Source: Proteromonas lacertae (taxonomy: Eukaryota). Taken from it: a DNA stretch of 64,000 nt. The notes beneath the pieces were generated by a model. That model saw nothing but the letters and a program-made list of their open reading frames with translations. It ran no database searches and was not told the origin of the DNA. Numbering within the stretch: position 1 is the stretch's first letter; every line of letters starts with the position of its first letter. The position numbers and the translations under genes are program-made. The stretch lies in assembly GCA_002245135.1 (NCBI GenBank), contig NGBS01001170.1, positions 62,001 through 126,000 on the forward strand. The letters run 5' to 3'. Of the stretch, positions 1 through 12,496 are shown piece after piece.

Positions 1-478
1 GTATTGCTGATATACATTTATACATTATAGAGATTATGATCATACAGGTTATTTAGATTCTAAAGCTGTTGGATCTATTCTAAAATCAATAGGTGAAGTT
101 CCAACAGAAGAAGCAGTGAAAGATTTAATCAGTACCATAAGTCCACAGGGTGAAGGCAAACTGAATTTCTCAGAATTCATTTCACTTATTACTAAAGAGT
201 ATAATACCAATAACAGAGAAAATGAGATTAATTCAGTGTTTAAAGTATAGATTTTTATTGAATAATTATTGTAATAGATAATTGATAAAGACAATGACGG
301 AATGCTTTCAAGATCAGATATACACACAGTATTTATTATTTTTGTTGTAATTGATTAGACATCTAAAGAGAATAATATAGGTTTATCTTCTGAAGATGTA
401 GTTGATATAGTTGATACTCTTGGTGAGAATGAATTGATATCTCCCGCTCAATTCAAGGAAGCATTAATTTATCAATAA
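1..478 (+). CDS. Calmodulin/centrin-like EF-hand protein (5' part outside window, spliced)
   Basis: Removing GT-AG introns gives DYDHTGYLDSKAVGSILKSIGEVPTEE...GEGKLNFSEFISL...FKIIDKDNDGMLSRSDI...; EF-hand loops; TAA at 476-478. Confidence 0.8.
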
Positions 479-622
479 TAAACTAAACTTATTTATTTGC
501 ATATGTGTTGTTGAGTAAATCGAAATATTTCAAATCTATTTTGAATTGATTTTTTGAAATTCAATCGTTGAAAATTTAGAATTATTCTTTTCTTCTTCTA
601 TTTCACATATTGACCTTTAGAA

Positions 623-1847
623 ATGGAAAAATTGGTAAATTCATTACTAAATAAGCAGACAACAGCAATTATTCTTGGACCAAGTATTTTTAACGATGAA
701 TCAACACAGGCAAACATTGTATCATTTATATATCACTTTTATAATAGATGCAGGATCTATCTGAGACTTTATATCTTGGTAATCCAACTCAATGGTGGAC
801 TAACTGGAAATTGGTTGAAGAATTTCGGTATTATTATTCACATTTTATTATTAGAATATCAACTATGCCAGATTTTTTTTCAAACACTCTTTGCATGTTG
901 AAAGGATTAAATCCAAATTTTATAGTCTTATCACAAAGTCATTACACCAATACACCATCTGTAGAATACAAGGAAGTATAATATAACACCTCATAATATA
1001 CTGAATAATAGTTTGTTATATCACCAAAAGTGTTTTGTAAACATTGTAATATAGAATTGAAATATGATATGATATCTGGTGATCAAATCTGTAACAAATG
1101 TTCAAATAAAGTTGAACCAGACTTTAACACAGTTTATAACCCAAATAATGACCAAATTGACCTTAGTAATGTAAAGAATATACTATTATTTGAACCAGAT
1201 TACCATCAACACATGTTAAATGTATTTATATTTAATTATAAATATTTAGAACATAATATTATCTTCAGAATGTGATGTAACTATTTATATAATTGGCTGG
1301 AATGTAGATTTATCGTTAAAAACCTTACCAGTATAAATAATTTATTTTATTTTTTATTTTATTATATTATTAGAATTTATACAGAGTAAATCATGAATTA
1401 ATTGTTGGTAAACCAAGTCATATATTACCACTAATAGTTGAAACATTACATGGAGTGAGTTATTACTCTGGAAATAATAACAGTTATAAATTATATAATA
1501 TAATACCAACCAATATAGAGAATAAGATTGACAATAGAATGGAAGAAGAAAAACAAATTGAAAATGAAGCTCCTGACTTGTTATTATCATTACAAAGTGC
1601 TAAAAGACCAAAGAAGAGAATATTTTCTAAATGTATATATATATATATATATACATATTTACACAATCATGATAATTTATTAATAGATCCTGAGTTTATA
1701 GTTAAATTACCTTATAAATGTTTATCAGATGATTCACTTATAGAGATTAATAGATTATTTGATAAATATGAAAAAGGTGATATGGATATTAGCAATGATA
1801 GTGAAGCATCTTTACTATTACATTTATCTGTTGCAGCTGAACACTAA
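623..1847 (+). CDS. Multi-exon protein with Zn-ribbon; possibly a highly divergent sirtuin-like protein
   Basis: ORF pieces joined by short introns; TAIILGPSI resembles the Sir2 xILTGAGIS strand, IVLSQS resembles xxTQN, CKHC...CNKC followed by VEPD. Confidence 0.4.
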
Positions 1848-1969
1848 ATATATGTTATTCTGTTATATTTTTTATTTAAAATATTGTTTGTTTACTTCAA
1901 AATAAGATAATACTAATAATACAAGTATTGAGTGTATTAACTCCGTTTGTTTTCTTTTTCTTTTTTTAG

Positions 1970-3167
1970 ATGAAAAGGAAGACTTTATCGTCTTGTGGGT
2001 TTTGGGCTTGTGGATTATGGTTCATATTTGGTGTTATACCAGCATTTATAGGAATTATATTCTTCAGTCAATCGAAAAGACTAAATAGAAAGGATAACAT
2101 AGAATTGTATAATTCATTCAGTTATCTATCTAAATAGATATAATGATGCAGTAAAAAAGTTTGAAAAGACTAAGATTACATTTAAAGGTCGATCATTTAC
2201 AGCTCAGCTTGTACCAGAAGGTGAATATAGACCAGAAACACATTATCTACTAGAAACTAGCAAAATGGATGGTATAAATTACCCACAAAGAGATAAAAAA
2301 GAAGAAAATGATCCAGATATTCTTACTTATAGACCAATTTATTATAGTAACATCACAACTCCACCAATAGGTAATTTAACAATAAAATTTGATGGTGACA
2401 TAAAGATATCAGATTTTAAAATGAAAGGAAATCCAATAGTAGAACATTGGTCAACTAAAGAAGTAGGATGTGATAAAAAACTTCAAGAATGTTATTTAAA
2501 ATGTAAAGCATTACCAGGAATATGGGAAAGCCCAACTAGAACATGTTTAATCAAACACTATATCACTAAAATATGTTTGAGAGTCAAACCTGATAATAGA
2601 ACAACAGATGGTTATATATTAGATGAAAATTCTCCTATGTATAAATCCCCCAACCAAAACAGCATTCTCGAACAAAGTGGTAGTTGTAATTATGGTACAG
2701 ATGAAAAGATACAATATAAAATACTATTAAAACCACCAGCAATAGTTCCAATGGAAATACATTTATATTCTGATCCATATATTTATGTTGATGATTTAAC
2801 TGAAGGTTGTTCAAGTAGTTATTATGAATATAATAATTGTTTTGGTGATAATTCATATAAGAATTGGAATGCTGGATTGGTGTTGTTTATTATTGGTAAT
2901 GTGTTGATGTATGTATTTCCATTTATTTTATACGTTGGTACAACTTATCAACCAAAACCAAGAACAAAAAGAGTTAAGAAAACTTACAAACGTGTTCCTA
3001 CTAAGCCTTCGATAACTTCTGCATTCGAAGAAGATCCTAAAGCACAACCTGTTGGGTTGGTTTATAATATTGATCCTGATGCTCTTAATACAATGGGAGT
3101 TCAAATGAATCAAAGTTCGATTATGGGTAGATCAATCAATTTATCTTCAGGATCTTTTCATATATAA
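1970..3167 (+). CDS. Hypothetical membrane protein with two TM helices around a Cys-containing luminal domain
   Basis: ATG 1970 MKRKTLSSCGFWACGLWFIFGVIPAFIGIIFF, one intron near 2106-2136, second hydrophobic helix AGLVLFIIGNVLMYVFPFILYV. Confidence 0.75.
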
Positions 3168-3319
3168 ATAATTCAATATTGTAGTGGTTGTATTAAAATA
3201 AACTCATATAATTTATTAATTTTATGTATTATACTTCTTTTTCTGGGATTTTGTACTTCTATAAAAATAAACAACTCATTTCATAAATAAATAAACTAAT
3301 TATTACACTTTAACTAATA

Positions 3320-3549
3320 CTATATCTCATCTGGGGTATTTTCTTGTAACTGAATTGGTTCTTCCATTGGAGGTTTTAAATTCTTATATCTATATTTACA
3401 TTATACAATATATACAATGTTTCAAAAATAATAGCTAGATCAAGACATTTTTCATGAATTTCTATTGTTCTATCCATAGAAGTTGCTAATTTCTCTGTAG
3501 CTGTTTGTAGCATTAGTAATTTCTGGTTCAACTGATTATATTCTGACAT
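3320..3549 (-). CDS. Small (about 67 aa) coiled-coil protein, two exons
   Basis: MSEYNQLNQKLLMLQTATEKLATSMDRTIEIHEKCLDLAIIFETL|YKNLKPPMEEPIQLQENTPDEI* after removing a short GT-AG intron; absent from the ORF track. Confidence 0.65.
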
Positions 3550-3704
3550 TATGATGAGATAATTTAAATAATTTCAAAATAGATTTGAATTTTGTTTTAT
3601 AATTTCTTATCTATTAGTCAATTTTCTTCAAAATGTTGTTAAATTATTTTGTATTATGCTGCTTGATAGAATGAATAAACAAATTAATAGAATATAATCA
3701 TAAA

Positions 3705-4271
3705 TTATTGATTTAATGTTGAAGTATATATAAAAAGAGCCACTAGAAAAGCTATTGATGATAATAGAATGATATACAAAAGTATAAACACATTGAAAAC
3801 ATTCTTTTTAAGCAAGACATTAAAATCAAGCTGGAAAGCATTGAAAGAACAACTGTCATGAAGAACTGGAAGGGTCCTCTATTATTTAATAAATAAAATT
3901 TCTATTACTCAATATTGATATAGAATGGTACAATGTAATAAATCGGTATGAAAGAAATCATTGTACCTATTACAAACACAACCCAATATGCTGATTGCTA
4001 TAAAAACAATGTAATGGCAATAAATACACGAAGACATTTCCAAGAACAAGTTCTATAAATGAGAATTGTAAAGACAAAGCAGAGAATGTAGAAGTCTTCC
4101 CATGTTACTGGATCTATTGAACATATATCTACAAATGCATACACTTTTCAAGGATTGTACTGCAGTAATTCGAAATGTTAGGAAATGCTGCTGAAAAAAA
4201 GTATTGTAAATAGGAGAAGAACTCTTCAATTTGCTAGAACAATATATAATGAATGTAAGCAATACAATCAT
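3705..4271 (-). CDS. Hypothetical multi-pass membrane protein (multi-exon; one probable homopolymer indel near 3805)
   Basis: Spliced reading gives several hydrophobic segments (FYILCFVFTILIY, YWVVFVIGTMISFIPIYYIV, FFMTVVLSMLSSLILM, VFILLYIILLSSIAFLVALFIY). Confidence 0.55.
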
Positions 4272-4851
4272 GTTGATAATATTTGAGATATTAAGGAAAT
4301 GAATGGTTAAAACAAAAGTTTTTCTTATTTTTCTTCTGCTAATCTTTCATTGCATTTTATTTGTTTGTATATTATATGCAGTTAATATGAATGATGAAAT
4401 AAAGAGATACATATAGTTGCGCATAAATGTATATGAAGATTAAAAAATGAAATCATAATTAGTATAATCTACCACATTATAATCGTCTATACAATTTATT
4501 AGCATTATTCACACGAATGCAACGACTTTCCATGTAATATACTAAGAAGAGTAGACTTTATTTAATGAAATGCATTTCATAAGCTTAAAGTTATAGATAT
4601 TGTTATATGTGCTATATTAAGTATTTTCATTCAATTTACACATAAAATATAGAAAATCTCTTAGAAATAACATATAGGATATTGCAATTATTCTTATCAT
4701 ACAAGACACATTGTCATTGAATATGTTTAAGGGATTTAAGATACAGATATATAAATACATGCTGAGAAAAAAGTGATTGAAATCAAACGACTCTATTTTT
4801 TGAAACATTTTTTCGTTTTTTCTTTTCTTTTTGAATAGGAAGTGATATAGT

Positions 4852-7347
4852 ATGAATTCTATCAAACCTATAAAGAAGGAGAAAGAATTCAAAATTAATG
4901 AACTAAAATTACCCTTCAAAAGAAAAGATACTCTCAAAGGTAGTAATTTAAATTCAGCAGAATTATCAGAACAAGGAGATGATGATGGAAATTCTGATTC
5001 GGATACAAATAGATCAGATGTTTCAAAAGTTAATTCTAATCGTGATACTATTATTGTTCCTCAATTCAAATATGTTGCTACAGATGCAAACGATGTAATA
5101 GAACAAAATCTACCTTTTCTATGTTTCAATGAAATAGATAATGAGAATATAAATATTTATGGAATAGATTTAGGTGGTTATTCTATTGCAATAAGTCATT
5201 ACTGTTCTAAAAACAAAAATATAATCAATTTCAATAATTCAGGAAGAAATTCTTTGTATATAGAAAAGTATGGTTTAAAAACAGAAATATTTTTACCTCA
5301 ATTAGTATTAACTGATATATTAGGAATGAGTGTAACTGAAGTGAAAGATATAATAAAATCATTTTATACATTCCCAGGATGTGAAGTAGATGCAATGGAA
5401 AGTGATGTATATAGATTACAATTATTTGTATTTTAATTTTTGTTTATTTATGTTTTATAGATGCAAAAGTCTGATCCCAGTTATTGTTTATTCCATTGAG
5501 CAACTATATTTTTTACTGTTATATAAAATTAAAGAAATGATAATAAGTAATAGTTTGAATTATACTGAACCAGTGAATGTCTTATTTTCTGTATATTTAA
5601 TATATTAATATTTTTATAATTGTGTTTATAGATTCCATCTTATTACAGTGTTAATCAGAAAACTATCATTACTCAGTTATGTCATTCTCTTCGTATTAAT
5701 ATAAAATCATTTGTACAGAATCATATTTGTTGTGCATTATACTATGGAATGAGATACAATTCAGAGTTTATTAGACTTGAAAAACAGAAGGAGGAAGAAG
5801 AAAGAGAAAAAGAAGCAAAAGAAGAAAGAGAAGAAAAGAAAAGAAGAGAAGAGAAAAAAGAAAAAGAAGAAAAGAGTGAAGAAAAAGAAGAAGAGTATAA
5901 AAAAATGGAAGAGAAAAAGAAAGAAGATAAAAAGAAAATAGACTTTAAAAAGTATATGGTAATATCAGACAAAAAGAGTGAAAATAAAACAGAAGAAATC
6001 AATAGTAAAGAAAACTCTGATATTCGTTGTGTAATAATGATGGATGGTGGATATACATCTACAAGTGTAACAGTAATAAGATATAAGAAGAATCAATGTG
6101 AAATATTATATCATAATATAGATACTACTTTAGGAACAAGAATAATTGATGTTATATTAATTGATTATTTGAGTTTAATTATAAAACAGAGATTTAATAG
6201 AGATCCAAGACAATATGAAAGTGTTTATATGAAAATGTTGTGTATGGTACAAAAACAAAAGACATTTTTACAGAAAAATGAACCAAAAGTTCCATTTTCA
6301 ATACCAAATATATTTCAAAGTGATACAATGTTTTCTAAGACTATATCTTATAAAGAATATATTGATTTATTAATAAGACATAAAATCAACTATAGATTAA
6401 CAAAATTATTCGGTGAAGCAATAATTGATTCAAATATTGATGTGAAAGATATGGGATATGTGAATGTAATGTATACAGGAGGATTATTTAAATGTGAAAT
6501 ATATAAAGAATTTATTAAATTATATATAAAAGAAATGTTGCAAATAACTAGAATAATTGAAGTAAATATTGATGAAAGTGAATATGATAATGTGATAAGT
6601 GAAGGATTATGTTACTATAATAACATAAGTAGAAAAATAGTTGATTATGAAATTATAGATCATAATTGTTGTAGTACTCTTGCTGATAAGAATAAATTTA
6701 CTATAAGAAGGGATGAAAACGATAAACTAATTATACCACAGTATGAAATAGAAAAAGTAAAAACAGGAATGAAAGAAATATATGATAAAATATTATCAAA
6801 ACATAAGGATGTGAAACAATTGTTGTTAGAATATCAAACCATATTGAATAAACCTCCATATGTTGATAATTATGAAGAATTATTACAAACACTATTCAAT
6901 ATAAACTATTCAATCAGAAAGAGTGAAATTTATAATAGAAATTCAAGAGAATATGATGTATTGATTGAAAGAATAAACAAAATGAAAAGTGATTTGGAAG
7001 AAATGAAAAGTCAAATGGTTATGCCTCCTCCTCCTTTAAATCCTACTACAATTCAACCAAATGCTACATTAAAACAATCTACATTTGAATTGCCGAAACC
7101 TAAAAGAGAAATTCAACATATCCCAGTTGTTTTTCCTGTTCCATTGTTTCAAAACCCTCCAAAAGGAAATAAAAAAGATACATTTAAAATTGGAGATACA
7201 ATCTTCATTTATGTAGGTGAAGTATGGAAGAAAGGGAAAATTATTGGTAAAAACATCAATAATACATTTGATGTGACTTATTTTGATGATATTCTAAAAA
7301 CAGTTAGGAAAATTAATGTAGATTATTTGAAACATAGAGATAAATAA
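4852..7347 (+). CDS. Divergent Hsp70/Hsp110-like actin-fold protein with E/K-rich insert and C-terminal Tudor-like domain
   Basis: YGIDLGG (phosphate-1), MMDGGYTSTSV (phosphate-2), LGTRIIDVILIDY (cf. LGGxDFD), VMYTGG (adenosine motif); C-terminal FKIGDTIFIYVGEVWKKGKII...FDVTYFD; introns near 5429-5460 and 5590-5631; probable 1-nt insertion near 5488. Confidence 0.7.
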
Positions 7348-7412
7348 ATAAAAACTATCATTTATTTAATTAATAAAGTACATACAAATTATTTAATAAT
7401 GTAATTGATTTT

Positions 7413-8484
7413 TTATAAATCTAATTGGTTTTCTTGATCTGACCAAGATCTGATGTTATCCAGTGCTTTTGTCACTAATCTCATGTTATATGATATATCG
7501 TTCTTTTCTAAATACTTCGCAATTGTATTAATTCCACTAATCAATTCAATTTTCAACTGATACATAAAATCTCTATCAGGTTCAAACCTTGGACTCTCTA
7601 TTTCTATGTGATTAAGCATTTTATATTCATAATTTAAATAGAAACTGTTAAATGGTTCATAAATGTAACAAATCCAATTATCTATTCCCCAATTCACTAA
7701 ACCAGTGGTGTATAAAAATGAATTGAATATTTCCATATGTATTTTTGATACAAAATTAAACTGAGCATAAGGACTTCCCATAAATTCAGAAGGATTAACA
7801 AAACCAGTAATTCCAAAGTTTTTATGAATTTTATTATTATATAATCTTTCGACCATTTTGCTAGTCCAATTTTCTGTTTCAATTATTACATCATCATCTA
7901 ATGTGATATAATAATCTGCATTATCTTCATAACTATGATATATTAAATGAATATAAGGTAAATAACTATACGCTTCTTTTGCAATATAATTGTACATATC
8001 AACTAATTGAGTACAATTGTGTTGGATCCAAAACACTTCAAAACCAGGATGTCTCATCAACGCCCTTAATTCACCATAGAATTGCTCTCTTTTCAAATAA
8101 GAGTCATAAATAGAAAAACCAATGTATACTCGATATCTAGCAGAGAATAACTTGATTTTATAAATACTCATATTTTGATGGTTCTATCGTCCTTGTAAAT
8201 GAAGGAAAGAAATATTTCATCAGTAACAGCTGAGATGGATGAGGGTCACCCCACATTAACTTACTTCCTTTCGTAGTGAATGGAAGAATTATTGCAACCA
8301 CAGGACATTTTGAAAACATCGTTTTATTATATTCCAAACATACACTTCCATGAAATTGTTTAGGGATCAAATCATTAGCATCTATATTGGTAGCCACACT
8401 TGTTCTCATAAATAAAAGACCTATCCCAAGCAATACAACACTTTCCAAAATCATTAAGCATATACAACTATCAGCTCGCAACAT
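7413..8484 (-). CDS. GT-A fold glycosyltransferase, type II membrane protein (copy 1)
   Basis: N-terminal TM, VAIILPFT strand, YITLDDD (DxD), NWGIDNW motif; introns near 8137-8167 and 7934-7972. Confidence 0.7.
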
Positions 8485-9809
8485 TTCGATTCAAACAAAA
8501 AGAATATATTATTAATCTATTTATCATCGCAGGAGAATATGATCTATTAATTGACATGTATTTTATATAGAAGTGAATGTAAAACCTTTCAGAAGGTTCA
8601 TTACACTAAAAATATGAAACAGTGATATAACATCTCAAAATACATACAATGAGTTAATACGAATGTAACTCATTGCATAGTCATTTCTTTTACTAACAGT
8701 AGGTGAATTGTGTCACAAAGCACAATTTAAGAAAACCATTAACTATACTAAACCACATATTGTCTTTTATTGTAAATTCTGGAATTAATTAATTTGGTTT
8801 TAAAGAAATATATATCTTTCCATATATTAATTTTTCAACTATAAAATACATTGAAGATATGGAAGGTGGTAAACAACATCTGAAAATAATAAAATGTATT
8901 TCAACCCATTCAATTACCATAACTAATATGGAGAATTTATTAAAAAGTTACTGTTATTTTTATATTCTTCATATTAGTTTATCATATAGAAAATGAATAA
9001 TATTAATGAATAACTTATATAAAACTATTATAAAAAACTAATATTCGTGATTATCATAATACATATTTACGAATATGTTAATGGTGTTCTTTTTTATGAA
9101 TAATGTTTCTTTATATATTTCTTTAAATTTGTATATTCTATCATTTATTTATTGAACTTTTTTATCTGTTTATTTCTATCACATCACTACTTATTGATGG
9201 ATTATTTAGACTGCGTATTTCTGTAAGAAAATCAAAGTTTAAATAATAATCAGTTACTTTGACTGTCGAGTTAAAATAGCTCTTGAAACACTCATTTGAT
9301 ATTAATTGTATTATTTCGCAATCAATTCCATATTTGGTAACAATATGCAATATATATGACATGGAATTCCTGTAAAATTTTGATAACAGCAACTTAAATA
9401 TATAATATTATTATCAATTGAAAATAGTCATATCCTACTACACTTCATTCTTGTTTATATTATATATATCTGAAATAGTTTTTATAGTATTAATATTTAT
9501 ATTTATATTGTATTGTTCTTTTTCAATAATTATTTATAATTACATTAAGCCTAATTAGCGACTTAAATATAAAAATAAAATCAACAAAGTTTGTCTCAAT
9601 TCAAGCTTTTAGATTTAATTTTAAATATGAGATTAATACGATTTAATTAGTATATTAGAAAGGTATAAACGTCTATCAACATATTATTAAATATGAAAAT
9701 GCTGTTAACATTCAAATATTAAATCATTAGACATTTAATTGTTGCTAAGTACAATTGTTCCTGTAACATATTTTTATGATATATATATGGTGCTACTTAA
9801 TAAAATCAA

Positions 9810-10811
9810 TCAATTAAATAAATTCTTATATTTATTTACACTTTTCTTATCAAGATATATTTTTAATTTATGAATGGATCTTTTTGTTTCAACTCTTAAT
9901 TTCTTTTTGTAATTGAAATCTATTCTATACCTTTCTGGAAGATTACCAGCATGATTCTGCATTAGCACATTTCTATTAACAAAACAACAACTAAACGGCC
10001 TATAAATATCACAAACCCAACTGTCTATTCCCCAGTTTTTCATTGACTATAAAGAATATATACATAAAAATATATTATATTATACTGAGGATAAAAATTA
10101 AATCCAAATATTTCTAAATGAAGTCTTGATATAAAATTAAACTGTATAAAACCAGAATTGTATATATCAACAAATCCAGTACTACCGAATTCAGGTATGA
10201 TTGGATTATTATGAAGTGAATTTACCATTATTGAAGTCCAATTTGATGTTTTTAATATTGCATCATCATTTAGAGTAATAAAATAATCAGCACCATCTTC
10301 ATATGCTCTTTTAGCAATGATATTATACATATCAACCAATCTAGAAAGCATGAACAACTGGTAATTCAATATATTTAACTATTCATCAAATAATAAATCA
10401 TATATATCATACAGAAAATTGTATCGTTATACATTCTACTGTTTAGTATGGATAAAAATGTTGAATTAGATAAATACATATCATCATATGCATATCCAAG
10501 ATAGATTCGATATTCATACATCATAGGTTCGATTGTGGATAAGAAAGAAGGATAGAAATAATTCATTAATCAGTAATTGAGATGGATTTGGATTATTTTC
10601 ATCGATTTTATTTCCTTTTGAAGTAACAGGTAATATGATAGCAACAATTGGACATGATGAGAATGCAGTTCTATTATAATTCACACAAACCTTCATTTTA
10701 GGTTTATTCCTACTTAAATTTACTTTGCCTTACTATAAGACATAACATATATCCAATAGCCAGTATTAAAACATTTTTTCCTGTTTTAACAATAACCTCC
10801 ATATATAACAT
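9810..10811 (-). pseudogene. GT-A glycosyltransferase copy 2, frameshifted as assembled (pseudogene or consensus error); 3' end may extend to about 9720
   Basis: Near-identical to copy 3 in two blocks; extra base at 10571 and other indels; ITLNDD and NWGIDSW motifs. Confidence 0.6.
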
Positions 10812-11172
10812 TTATTTGATATTTTACTATTTAATAATCTATTAAAATCTATTTTGCAAATAGCAATTCTATACTTAACTAAGATCGAGGATTATTCTAA
10901 ATTTTATTCTGTATATACTATATTGGCATTTGTTGGCATTACCTATAAAAAAGAACTATTAATTATTTTTCATATGCAATAAGGTAGATAATTTCAGAAA
11001 TATACAAAGAACTTATTCGCTTAGTACAAGTGTTATTCAACGAATATCTTTATTGTTACGCTAATATATTTATCATTGTATATAACAGTTTTAATATTTC
11101 ATAAGAATAAATGAAATGAAATCTTTTACATCCATTATTAACAAAAATCAAAAATTAATTATTAAAATTAAA

Positions 11173-12196
11173 TTATTGTTTGTTTAACATTTCATCCACA
11201 GCATGGTAATTATATTCAATTTCATTGTTATCCAAATATTTCTTCAATAATCTAACTGAATGTTTTAATTCTGGCTTTAACTTATCATTAAATTTCTTAT
11301 CTGTTTCATATCTTGCTTTTCCATCTTCAACATGATTCTCCATTAATAGATCACGATTATAATAAAAACTATCATATGGTTTATATATATAACAAATCCA
11401 ATTATCTATTCCCCAATTTGGAATTGCCTATAAAATAATAAAAATAATAAATACTGGTGTATAAATAGTTTCATTAAATATATCTAAATGAATTCTTGAA
11501 ACGAAATTAAACTGTGCAAATGGATCTCCTATACCTTCTTTTCCACTCATAAATCCAGTTGTTCCGAATTCAGGTAAGATTGGATTATTATGAAGTGAAT
11601 TTACCATTATTGAAGTCCAATTTGATGTTTTTAATATTGCATCATCATTTAGAGTAATAAAATAATCAGCACCATCTTCATATGCTCTTTTAGCAATGAT
11701 ATTATACATATCAACCAATCTAGAAAAGCCATGAACAACGAAATTCAACTATATAGAAATAAAAACAAAAAAATAAATATATGAAATATACAGAAATTGT
11801 ATCGTTATACATTTCACTGTATAACTTTGATAAAAATGTTGAATTAGATAAATACATATCATCATATGCATATCCAAGATAGATTCGATATTCATACATC
11901 ATAGGTTCGATTGTGGATAAGAAAGAAGGATAGAAATAATTCATTAATAGTAATTGAGATGGATTTGGATTATTTTCATCGATTTTATTTCCTTTTGAAG
12001 TAACAGGTAATATGATAGCAACAATTGGACATGATGAGAATGCAGTTCTGTTGTAATAAAGACAGACCATGCTTGATTTAGGTGTGATCACTGATCTTAA
12101 TGTTTTTGAATTTACTCCAGAATCATACATGGCATACATCAGAAACATAAATGAGCATGATACTAATACCAACAGAGTATATGCGTTTCCTCTCAT
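11173..12196 (-). CDS. GT-A fold glycosyltransferase, type II membrane protein (copy 3)
   Basis: MRGNAYTLLVLVSCSFMFLMY TM, VAIILPVT, FITLNDD, PNWGIDNW; last exon ends MLNKQ* at 11173. Confidence 0.75.
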
Positions 12197-12496
12197 TTCT
12201 TTATAAAAGAGTGAGAAATGAAACGAATAATACAAAGGGATTAGAATGTATATCCTTTGATTATCAGAACATTATATATCATTTAAAATCATATATTAAA
12301 TGGATTGAAATGTTATATCTGTAGAAGTAACCTTCATTTGTCAAAATGTATATTTGTCTCTTATTTAATTATCTGATAATATGAATATTGTTTCAATAAC
12401 TGTTTTAATCACATAAATATTCATTGAAATGGTATAGTACAGGAGAAATAGATAATTAAAGTTAAATGAAAATATAGTCGTTATTCGTTTTTTGAA

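Noticed and set aside
5742..6002. F/S/L-rich antisense ORFs (also 13120-13393, 21438-21894, 48850-49086, 61645-62070)
   Set aside because: Reverse complements of E/K/N- or S/T-rich coding regions on the opposite strand
9162..9392. 76-aa ORF in the spacer between glycosyltransferase copies
   Set aside because: Non-ATG start, no motif and no convincing exon partners; possibly a relic
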